Assembly: GCA_947457515.1 (NCBI GenBank)
Contig: CANGWC010000002.1
Coordinates: 1 to 57,317, forward strand
Origin: Silvanigrellaceae bacterium
GTDB lineage: Bacteria > Bdellovibrionota_B > Oligoflexia > Silvanigrellales > CANGWC01
DNA: 57,317 bases
Direction of reading: 5' to 3'
The notes beneath the pieces were generated by a model. It ran no database searches and was not told the DNA's origin. It saw only the letters and a program-made list of their open reading frames with translations. Of the stretch, positions 31,580 through 39,962 are shown piece after piece. The position numbers and the translations under genes were made by a program. Numbering within the stretch: position 1 is the first letter of the stretch; every line of letters begins with the position of its first letter.

Positions 31580-33598
31580 TTATGGGGTGATGATTAAGTC
31601 ATCACAGGTCATAATTCCATTATTAGCCGTTAATTTTTTAATGTCAGCGTCTGGCATTCTCAGACACCCTCTTGTAATGGCTCGATCTGCTACAGTTCCT
31701 AAGAAAAGTTTTTTCTCATCTACGGTAGGGGCGGTTCCATGAAGTCCATATAATAAATCCTGCCATCCACACCAAGCACTTCCTAATGGATTGTCGCTGC
31801 TACAAGCTGTTTCACACCGTGTACTCCCAGGAGTCGAGTCACACCAATCAGGACACGGAGTACATTTTCCTTCAAATATAAATGCTTTGTCTTTACTTGT
31901 GGTAGGCGTAGGAGTGTTTTGTTTCTTGCCATCCTTTCCAATTTTGTCCTTATCATCCCTTCCAATGGCTACAGGAAATCTTCCTAACTCTTTAGTTCCA
32001 CCAACTTCATAGACGATACAAGAAGCAGTTGTTAACGAACATGCAACAAGTCTTTTATTTGCACCTGTTGCACAATTAGCAGGACCTGGTCTAAGCGGTA
32101 AATCATTTAGAAATGAGACTCTGTTACCCCCACCGTTACCTTTTTGTGATGGTTGATTAGGAAAAGAAGGGTCCTCTTTAATAGGACTCCCTTTTAGATT
32201 AGGATTTAAATAAGGATCCTCAGGATTTAAAGGAACGATATCAGTACCATCCCCATAATTACCATTATTCATATTATTACCATTGTTATAGGTATTCTGT
32301 CCGTAATCTGAATTTTGAGCAGCAATGCTTGTTCCAGGAATAAGATTTCCATTACCATCAACGTAACTATCATTTTGTCCAGAATTCATATTTCCATTCA
32401 CAGTGCCTGTATTCTGGCCAGGAATCACACTCCCATTCACACCTGTATTTGAATTGCCTGGGGTGACTGAATTAAATCCTATATCACTTTGATTTCCAGA
32501 AGCCTGATTGGCAGTTCCTAAAGTTTCAGGTGAAGGTTGTGAAGTCATATTTGGATTAAAAGATGGAGTGATTGCACCTGATCCATACAGACTTTGAACA
32601 GTTTGGCCTGCTGTTACTCTTCCCACTGCTTGTGCAATTAAAGCCCCAGAAATCGTAGGTGGCCACTGTAAAGGATTGACTTGTTTAAGAACCTGATCGT
32701 AATTTTGTCCACCATTATTCAGTGCATCTAGCGGATTTAATGTTTCACGTACTGGATTTCCACTGATATTATTATTACCATTGACCCCATTTACTGTATT
32801 ATTAGCTGTTGCAGATACACTACCATTAACGTTACTTCCAGTATTAAGTTGTTCTCCTAAAGGATTTCCACTGATGCCATTATTACCACTCACACCATTC
32901 ACAGTTCCGTTAGCACTTAATCCTGTATTACTTCCAGCTACGTTTCCGTTAGCACCTGTGATTCCATTGACTGTGTTATTGATGGAGTTATTAAGACCAC
33001 CCGTCACATTGTTAACTGTATTATTAGCTATCGCTCCAGCAGTTCCAGCGATATTTCCATTATTGAGTTGTTCCCCATTAGGATTTCCACTGATAAAAGG
33101 AATTTTACCATTAACAAGTCCCGTAAAAGAGATCCCATCAGCTCCATAGGTCACTCCTAACGTAGGAACTTTAGAACCCTTATTCCCTAAAACCATCGCC
33201 ACAAATTGGACACTATTTCCATACATTTGAGCTTTCTTAACACCCACATCGGAATACGCTCCATGTATAGCAGAGTCAGGAACCATGGGAAGACCTATTC
33301 CATTTGCACTGTCTGAGACTGATCCTGTAACGAGTTTTGAAGAACTTGATCCTGTACCTGTTCCTGATTTAGCTCCTGTAGAAGCTGCTGAACCTGAAGA
33401 TGATCCGCTGGTTGGCGCTGGAGTATCTGCAGGAACCCCTCCTCCTTTAGTCACATCTAAGTTTCGAGCAAGAAGGCTTTCCTTAGAGACTAAAGCTCTA
33501 TTAATACCTTTACTGAGATCTTCAGTATTATAGGCTTTAAATTTTGTTCTCTTACATAAAAACAGTGAGAAGAGACAGAGAATATGGACAAACTTCAT
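31580..33598 (-). CDS. secreted repeat protein with C-terminal YkuD-type L,D-transpeptidase domain
   Basis: Signal peptide MKFVHILCLFSLFLC. Long N/G/S/T-rich region with three ISGNP.GEQLN-type repeats. C-terminal YGLHGT...ITRGCLRMPDADIKKL matches the YkuD catalytic HG[ST]...[SH]xGC[IVL]R[ML] signature. Confidence 0.7.
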   Translation of the reverse strand: MKFVHILCLFSLFLCKRTKFKAYNTEDLSKGINRALVSKESLLARNLDVTKGGGVPADTPAPTSGSSSGSAASTGAKSGTGTGSSSSKLVTGSVSDSANGIGLPMVPDSAIHGAYSDVGVKKAQMYGNSVQFVAMVLGNKGSKVPTLGVTYGADGISFTGLVNGKIPFISGNPNGEQLNNGNIAGTAGAIANNTVNNVTGGLNNSINNTVNGITGANGNVAGSNTGLSANGTVNGVSGNNGISGNPLGEQLNTGSNVNGSVSATANNTVNGVNGNNNISGNPVRETLNPLDALNNGGQNYDQVLKQVNPLQWPPTISGALIAQAVGRVTAGQTVQSLYGSGAITPSFNPNMTSQPSPETLGTANQASGNQSDIGFNSVTPGNSNTGVNGSVIPGQNTGTVNGNMNSGQNDSYVDGNGNLIPGTSIAAQNSDYGQNTYNNGNNMNNGNYGDGTDIVPLNPEDPYLNPNLKGSPIKEDPSFPNQPSQKGNGGGNRVSFLNDLPLRPGPANCATGANKRLVACSLTTASCIVYEVGGTKELGRFPVAIGRDDKDKIGKDGKKQNTPTPTTSKDKAFIFEGKCTPCPDWCDSTPGSTRCETACSSDNPLGSAWCGWQDLLYGLHGTAPTVDEKKLFLGTVADRAITRGCLRMPDADIKKLTANNGIMTCDDLIITP

Positions 33599-33636
33599 GG
33601 ATCATTCCTTTTGAATAATCATATCTTATCGTCTTT

Positions 33637-34848
33637 TTATTTTGGAGGGAGCTGCAGATTTTGCATTCCGTCTATATATTCTACGTTAGGACAACAGAGA
33701 GCATAAGGAGCTGAATCTACTTGCATGTCTTGGTAGACTTTATCGCTTTCAGGATCACTTTGATAGCCTCCCCAGTCATTATCGTAACACACGCTTATGG
33801 ATCCATGACTGAGATTTCTCCAAACTTTACCACTTCTGGCTAATCCTCGTGCGTTTAATGTTTCATCTGCGTCAATTCCCGTAGAGAGTCCGACTCTATT
33901 CAGAAAAGCTCCAATTCCTTGTTGGGTTCTATCTTCGTAAGTTCCATTAATATTTAAATTCACTATAATAGGAGAGGCTTTCCCCGTATGGGTATGAGGT
34001 ACAAAGTTAGGCATCTGACCCCAAGGCATAGGAATATAGACCGGAGGCCCAGGACTTGTGAGTCTCCCTCTCCCCACACCTTGATTCATTCCTTGCCAAG
34101 ATGTCTTAGGGAGTTTTCTTGTTTTAGAGACTCCTGCTTTACCATTTGTTTTGCACTCTCCTCCTGCAACCATCAGAGTCATTGTTCCCTGATCTTGTCT
34201 GTAAAGACCTCCCTTTGGCTGGCAGATTGCATGAACATCTCCCCTCTCTGTTCCAGATGTTCTCTTATCGAAAACTTTAACTTCCTGACAGCAAGCAGCC
34301 CTACCATTAAAAGTTCCTCCAAAAATAGGATAATCTTTACTCGGGCAAGGTGATTCATTACTTTCATTAAAGTCCCTAGATTTGTCGTAACTTAAATTCT
34401 GAGAACAGATATATCCAAGACCATCAAAAAGATCCTTCCACACATTTTGAGCTGTTTCTTTAGGACTGACTATTTTTCTTCGATATTGAATGAGTAATTC
34501 TCCATAAGGTTTAGGATCCGTTTTAGGTTTCTGTTGACAGAGAATTTGAAACTCCCATTGTGAATTTTGAAGAGCTCCTTCTAGATTTGTCCCTAATCGA
34601 TTACGTAAAACATATTTTTGATTTGTACATGTATGGTATACCGATGACTTATCTTTAATTTTAAGTGTTTGATAACAATCTATTTCATCTCTTAATGTCC
34701 ACCTCATTAAAGAAAGATCCACTTGTTGAGAGATCTGAGTTTTGCCTCTAAGCATTTTTTGAGCGATTAAAACAGCAACTGATATCAATAAAACACCTAT
34801 AGCGGATGCTACGAGAAGTTCTATTAATGAAAATCCTTTTTTACTCAT
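33637..34848 (-). CDS. prepilin-like protein with large 12-Cys C-terminal domain (paralog 1)
   Basis: Start taken at MSKKGFSLIELLVASAIGVLL (class III signal, G/FxxxE), with ATGA overlap to the upstream gene. Motifs DCYQTL, ACC, PHTHTG, NDW, CCP shared with paralogs. Confidence 0.7.
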   Translation of the reverse strand: MSKKGFSLIELLVASAIGVLLISVAVLIAQKMLRGKTQISQQVDLSLMRWTLRDEIDCYQTLKIKDKSSVYHTCTNQKYVLRNRLGTNLEGALQNSQWEFQILCQQKPKTDPKPYGELLIQYRRKIVSPKETAQNVWKDLFDGLGYICSQNLSYDKSRDFNESNESPCPSKDYPIFGGTFNGRAACCQEVKVFDKRTSGTERGDVHAICQPKGGLYRQDQGTMTLMVAGGECKTNGKAGVSKTRKLPKTSWQGMNQGVGRGRLTSPGPPVYIPMPWGQMPNFVPHTHTGKASPIIVNLNINGTYEDRTQQGIGAFLNRVGLSTGIDADETLNARGLARSGKVWRNLSHGSISVCYDNDWGGYQSDPESDKVYQDMQVDSAPYALCCPNVEYIDGMQNLQLPPK

Positions 34849-35882
34849 GGAATATCCTGATGTATTTTCATGGGACAACAGAGTCCCCAAGCAACAGAAC
34901 CATAAGAATCTATCCAATCATTTGTTTGGCATTGAACATTCCAACTGTTTACAACTTTTCTTTGAGGTTCAATGATAGGAGCTGTCTTATGCATAAACCC
35001 GCCTAGGGTTGTTGTTTTATCTTCCATGTTCCCTGGTGTTTGTCCGCCTCCTACAAAAGCTACAGGAAAACTTCCAGAATGCTTATGTGGCATAAACCCT
35101 TCTGGCATAGGCGTTGAAGATGGACCTCCAGTAGCTGTGGTAATGGCTCCTGCATCAATGGATGTTTTAAAAAGATTTCGATTATATTTTTTGCCTTTAA
35201 TCATAAGCTTAACACCATCCATATTCAAAGCTCCCTGAGCATTCAAGAATTGAGGATAATCAGGACCCGGAGTACACCATCCACCACCATGAATCAGATA
35301 CTCATTTGGATTACAAGATAGAGTTGAAGATCCTTCTGCAGCTTGAATAGTAGGAATACGACAACATTTAGGAGTCCGGTCTCCTTCACTCCCTGCATAA
35401 ATATTATAACGAGTGTCCTGAGTGTCTTTTAAAGGACATACCTGAGTGAAATAAGATGAACAAAGTTTACTTTTACCAAAGAAAATATCTACGCTTTTAC
35501 CTTGTCCAAAGTATTTTTTAATCACTGTATCCATAGACTGAGTTTTAACAATTAAAGCATCTTTACTTCTTTCCACTGTAATTTCCCAGTTACCTAAACA
35601 CTGTTTTGTTTTATTTTGAGCACAGGGCTTAGTTAAAGTTCTACCACCTCGTTTCTTTAAAATAAGAGTTTTAGAACCTGCTGGAATATTAGATAATGTT
35701 CTATAACAATCAACATAATTTTCTACGGTTTGGCGAATCGCTAATACAGTTTGAAGATGCTCTAATTTAGCACTGCTTTGAAATGTTCTTCCTATTAAAG
35801 TGTATGCGGCCGCTGCAACGGAAACAGATACAAATCCAATGACAACCACTTGAACAAGAACAGATCCTTTGTTTTGTTTCAT
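34845..35882 (-). CDS. prepilin-like protein paralog 2, degenerate N-terminus lacking Phe1/Glu5
   Basis: MKQNKGSVLVQVVVIGFVSV has Q in place of E5. Same 12-Cys pattern: DCYRTL, KCC, PHKHSG, NDW, LCCP. ATGA overlaps on both sides. Confidence 0.65.
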   Translation of the reverse strand: MKQNKGSVLVQVVVIGFVSVSVAAAAYTLIGRTFQSSAKLEHLQTVLAIRQTVENYVDCYRTLSNIPAGSKTLILKKRGGRTLTKPCAQNKTKQCLGNWEITVERSKDALIVKTQSMDTVIKKYFGQGKSVDIFFGKSKLCSSYFTQVCPLKDTQDTRYNIYAGSEGDRTPKCCRIPTIQAAEGSSTLSCNPNEYLIHGGGWCTPGPDYPQFLNAQGALNMDGVKLMIKGKKYNRNLFKTSIDAGAITTATGGPSSTPMPEGFMPHKHSGSFPVAFVGGGQTPGNMEDKTTTLGGFMHKTAPIIEPQRKVVNSWNVQCQTNDWIDSYGSVAWGLCCPMKIHQDIP

Positions 35883-36952
35883 ACTTTAGGACAACAGACT
35901 GCCCAGGAACGTATTCCGTATGCAGCCCTCCAATCATTCCTCATGCACATACCTGTCATACCTCCTAAAGTCATTTGTTTAGAAGAATTTGAAACATAAA
36001 TAAACGGTACACTCGCCGCTAAAAACCCTCCTTTTTTCTGACGTTTATTTGCATCATAAATTTCAGAATACTTATATTTACCTCTGAGTAACCCTCCCCC
36101 CGTTGCCATATGTATATGCCCTGGAACTGAAGGAAGAGGAGGGAGACTCATGATATCAACGCTACCTCTCACCTTAGTGCTCACATTTTCTCTGATTTGA
36201 GGAATCGTAAAAATCTTACCTAACTGAGGATAATCCCGAGAAGATGAGCAAAAAACAGAACCCGCAGCCATATATTCATGATCTCTGCATTGAGCTTTCA
36301 CAACACCTTCATTAGATTTTTTACCTGCGGGAAAACTCTTTTCTGAATCTACAAAACGACAACACTGAACTCCTGCAGTGTCATAGATACCGTAAATATT
36401 ATAAACCAGATCTGTTTCCGTCTTAGGCACATCACAGGTATTTAAAGGCTTAGACAAAAACTCATGACAAAAAAGACTCACTCCCTCAAAAAGATCTTCT
36501 GCTTTTGTTTTAAGGTTTCTTTGTTTTTCTATGAGCTCTCTTTTGATGACTAAAGATTCAACATTAGGAGAACCTCTTTGATAATTACATTCACCCCAAA
36601 CACTCCATGGCTGCATTTCTGTTGGTTTACCTTTAACAACAGGAAACAACTCTCTTCCAAAACGATCTCTTAAAACAATCTTTTTTTTACACCGTGAGGG
36701 TTCTATAAAATGTCTTTCACCGTTTTTAATTTCTAAAGTCTGACGACAATCCATATTTTCTAAAACAATTTTTTTCAGGACTTCTTGTTGAGAAGCAATG
36801 TCGTAAAGTCTTCTCGCCGGGAATGACTTCCCTAAAAGCATAAACCCTGCCATGGAGATGCCCCCTAGAAGGACAGCTGCCACCATAATTTCGACTAGAG
36901 AGAAGCCATTGTTTTTGTTATGTAAAAATTTTTTTTGTCTTAAAGATAACAT
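35879..36952 (-). CDS. prepilin-like protein with large 12-Cys C-terminal domain (paralog 3)
   Basis: Start taken at MLSLRQKKFLHNKNNGFSLVEIMVAAVLLGG (ATG 36950..36952, AAGGA 6 nt upstream). Motifs DCRQTL, QCC, GHIHMATG, NDW, VCCP. Confidence 0.7.
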   Translation of the reverse strand: MLSLRQKKFLHNKNNGFSLVEIMVAAVLLGGISMAGFMLLGKSFPARRLYDIASQQEVLKKIVLENMDCRQTLEIKNGERHFIEPSRCKKKIVLRDRFGRELFPVVKGKPTEMQPWSVWGECNYQRGSPNVESLVIKRELIEKQRNLKTKAEDLFEGVSLFCHEFLSKPLNTCDVPKTETDLVYNIYGIYDTAGVQCCRFVDSEKSFPAGKKSNEGVVKAQCRDHEYMAAGSVFCSSSRDYPQLGKIFTIPQIRENVSTKVRGSVDIMSLPPLPSVPGHIHMATGGGLLRGKYKYSEIYDANKRQKKGGFLAASVPFIYVSNSSKQMTLGGMTGMCMRNDWRAAYGIRSWAVCCPKV

Positions 36953-37027
36953 TTTTTTCCTTATTTGAGTGAAAAATAAACCTTTTCTTACCGACGAGTA
37001 TATAAAGTTCATAATTTAGGTGTATTA

Positions 37028-39010
37028 ATGAAATTAGCTCTACTGATATTTATTTTAATAGGTTGTGCCCAGAACAACAAATCTGTGGTTCAAACGCTTG
37101 ACAATTTAACTCGTGCTCCAGATAAAGACATCCAATGGAATCAATGCTCTGGAACAAATACAACGGGTGAAGCTGATTATAAAATTGATGTTACGGGCAT
37201 TCCTGAAGCTGATAGAACAACGGCTAAAGCTGAAGTGATAAAAGCTCTGAGTGCAGTGCCTGAAAGAAAACTTAAAAAGAATTTTTTTAAAATCGGTAAA
37301 ATTAAAATACTTAGCCCAACAGATGTTGAGAAAAAATGTGCTGCAGGTCTCAGTGATGCAACCTTACAATCCATTACAGAACAAGGACAACAAAGTGGTC
37401 CTAGATTCTGTTGGCAACTTGAAGATGATTCAACCATTACAGCTAACCTCTCCAGCGATCCTCAAGATATTCATCACCATACAGTAAAAATGTTTGGTTA
37501 TCTTATGACACAGATCTATGTGAAATATGCAGAGAATTTCCCTCCATCGGAAAGACTCTTTTGGTTAGCAGAGAAATTCAAAGAAGGTAGAAGACTTGTA
37601 TTCCTTGGATTTATTGAAGATCTCGAAACCAAAAAAGCTAAAAGTCGTCTTAATGATGTAGAGAAAAAATACTATAATGATTTTAAAACAGCTTTAAAAA
37701 CTTCCACCTGTACAGATCTAGAAGATCTTGAGAATCTGATTTACGCTGAATCTTTTGATTCTTATTACTGTACAACTAAAACCAAAAACTCTATGAAAAC
37801 AAACTTTTCATACGTATACAATATTTTTGATAGACAACAACAAGGAATTACAGATGATACATCTACAAACTTCTCTGTTAATCTTATAAAGTCTAAATAC
37901 AAACCCGTTTTAAAATCTTGTATTTTAAGCAAACAACAAGAAGCTGCTCAAGCTAAAGCTATCGAACTTGCTAAACAAGAAGCTGCCAATGCTGATAAAG
38001 TCATGGCTAATAATACCCCCACATCTCCCAGCATTCCTTTACCCACAAGCCAGACTAATTCAGCTTTAAAAACAACAAATAATCTACCTACAAACATGAT
38101 GAGCACTAATCCTGTTGCTCAAACATATACCCAAACATCTGCACAAGTAGCAGCAGCAAACGCAACCGCACAACAAACTGCAGCGGCAAAAGCAGCAACT
38201 GCTCAACAACAAGCTGCAGCGAATAATAATCCTTTAGCCAGTATTCAAGGCATTTTGAGTAACCCTTTAGTTTCAACTGTTCTTAAGTCAACAGGATTAG
38301 ATAAACAATTAGGAGCTATTACTGGTCTCCTAAGTGGTAATCCATCGGCAATCACTTCTGCTCTTCCTGGTATTTTGGGTACATCTAATCCTACGAGTGT
38401 GGCAAATAATTTACCTTTCACTCCATTCAATCCCAATAGTGGAATCACTACAGCAACTCAGAATCTTGGAGGGCTGACGACAGCTACAGTAGATCCTAGT
38501 AAACTTAGATTCAGTTTTGGAAATACTCCTACAAGTTTAACCACTGGTGGCTTTAATCCAAGCACTTCTATAAATCCAAGCAACTTATCCTTAAATACAC
38601 CAACCTCAGTACAGGGATTAACAACAACTCCTCTTAATCCCAATGCTATCAATCCAACTTCTTTAAATCCTTCTAATAATGCTTTAAGTTTTTCAAAAAC
38701 AAATCCTACTACATTTACAAATCCCACAACACCTAACTCTTCTGTATTTACTGATCCCTCTTCTTTAAATACTAATTCATTTAACCCTACTACTTTTGAT
38801 CCTGCTCAATTTGATGCTGTGAATGCTAGTTTTGCAGATTTTAGTCTAGGCGACATAGGTTTCGATCCTACAGAAATGAATGATATATTTAACTTTGTAG
38901 ACAATGGAACACTCAGTTTTGATACACCATTTAGTCAAGATCTTGCTGCTGATCTTGCCTTTGATCCAGCTAAAGATGCCAGTAGTTCTTTTAACCCAGA
39001 TAACTTTTAA
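37028..39010 (+). CDS. large lipoprotein with Q/A/N/T/S/P low-complexity C-terminal half
   Basis: Lipobox FILIGC. About 300-aa globular N-terminal part, then AAQ-rich tract and long N/P/T/S tract. Acidic D/F-rich C-terminus. SD AGGTG upstream. Confidence 0.6.
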   Translation: MKLALLIFILIGCAQNNKSVVQTLDNLTRAPDKDIQWNQCSGTNTTGEADYKIDVTGIPEADRTTAKAEVIKALSAVPERKLKKNFFKIGKIKILSPTDVEKKCAAGLSDATLQSITEQGQQSGPRFCWQLEDDSTITANLSSDPQDIHHHTVKMFGYLMTQIYVKYAENFPPSERLFWLAEKFKEGRRLVFLGFIEDLETKKAKSRLNDVEKKYYNDFKTALKTSTCTDLEDLENLIYAESFDSYYCTTKTKNSMKTNFSYVYNIFDRQQQGITDDTSTNFSVNLIKSKYKPVLKSCILSKQQEAAQAKAIELAKQEAANADKVMANNTPTSPSIPLPTSQTNSALKTTNNLPTNMMSTNPVAQTYTQTSAQVAAANATAQQTAAAKAATAQQQAAANNNPLASIQGILSNPLVSTVLKSTGLDKQLGAITGLLSGNPSAITSALPGILGTSNPTSVANNLPFTPFNPNSGITTATQNLGGLTTATVDPSKLRFSFGNTPTSLTTGGFNPSTSINPSNLSLNTPTSVQGLTTTPLNPNAINPTSLNPSNNALSFSKTNPTTFTNPTTPNSSVFTDPSSLNTNSFNPTTFDPAQFDAVNASFADFSLGDIGFDPTEMNDIFNFVDNGTLSFDTPFSQDLAADLAFDPAKDASSSFNPDNF

Positions 39011-39014
39011 ATAT

Positions 39015-39962
39015 TTAGTTTAAAAGTGTTTTATAATTCAAAGCGGCTTGCATGAGTTTCTTTAGGATTTTAGAAACTCCTTTAGGCTCATTATACTCTA
39101 AGAAGTAAATGGTTTTATCAAGATCCATCAGATAGTCTTGAGAAGTTTTGATTTCATCCACAAGATTGAGAGGAAGAGCTTCTCTGGCTAACCAAAAGTC
39201 TCCATTAGCAACAACTGATAGATCCATTTGAGGTCTGAATTCAGAAACAAATGACTTAAAAAGATGATGTATCCTATCTAATTGTTCTTGAAATTGTTCT
39301 TTTTTATCTTCTGTCACTTCTCCTAATAAGGAAAGAGTTCTTTTATTTTTACCAGCGGTTAATTCAAAGACATCAATATTTTTATCTTGAAGAAATCTTC
39401 TAAAGTTGGGGACTTGGCTAACCACTCCAATGGAACCCACAATAGCAAAAGGTGCTGCTACGATATGATGAGCAACGCTTGCCATAAGGTATCCACCACT
39501 GGCAGCTATCTTATCAATGCATACGGTTAGCTTACTGATCCTCTCTCTTAATCTAAGCATTTCAGAAGCTGCTAAACCATAAGAAGAAACAGCTCCTCCA
39601 GGACTTTCTATTTTAATAATGACTTCATCTTCTTTTTGAAGATAAGGCTGAAGAAGAGTGATGGCATGGGATAATGACCCTACAGAGGATCCTTGAACGT
39701 CCCCAGAGAATTCTAAATAGAATGCTCTTTGAGAAGTGTTATCATCACCTTTCTTCAGAAGAGATTTTTTGTCTTTCTTAAAACTTTTGACTTTATCTTT
39801 CCAGCCTTTTTCATCCATTAAAGGTCTAAAGATCTTGAGTCGTTCTTCAGAAAGACTCTGGTTCCAATTTTTAAGTGTCGTAGATGAAGCGGGTTTATTC
39901 TTCTGAATAATAAGTAAACTTATAAGAATAAAAATAATAAATAATAAAAATATTGAAATCAT
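39015..39962 (-). CDS. sohB: S49 family peptidase (SohB / SppA-like)
   Basis: N-terminal TM. ESPGGAVSSYG and IAASGGYLMAS (catalytic Ser context), VGSIGVV. Confidence 0.8.
   Translation of the reverse strand: MISIFLLFIIFILISLLIIQKNKPASSTTLKNWNQSLSEERLKIFRPLMDEKGWKDKVKSFKKDKKSLLKKGDDNTSQRAFYLEFSGDVQGSSVGSLSHAITLLQPYLQKEDEVIIKIESPGGAVSSYGLAASEMLRLRERISKLTVCIDKIAASGGYLMASVAHHIVAAPFAIVGSIGVVSQVPNFRRFLQDKNIDVFELTAGKNKRTLSLLGEVTEDKKEQFQEQLDRIHHLFKSFVSEFRPQMDLSVVANGDFWLAREALPLNLVDEIKTSQDYLMDLDKTIYFLEYNEPKGVSKILKKLMQAALNYKTLLN

Noticed and set aside
32300-33250. Periodic DNA repeats that might suggest a CRISPR array or a DGR variable region. The 17-bp and 30-bp tandem repeats were also considered.
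   Set aside because: The repeats are in-frame coding repeats (ISGNP.GEQLN units, SPS linker) with no unique spacers of constant length. No cas genes or reverse transcriptase are in the window, and I could find no template/variable repeat pair with A-specific mismatches.
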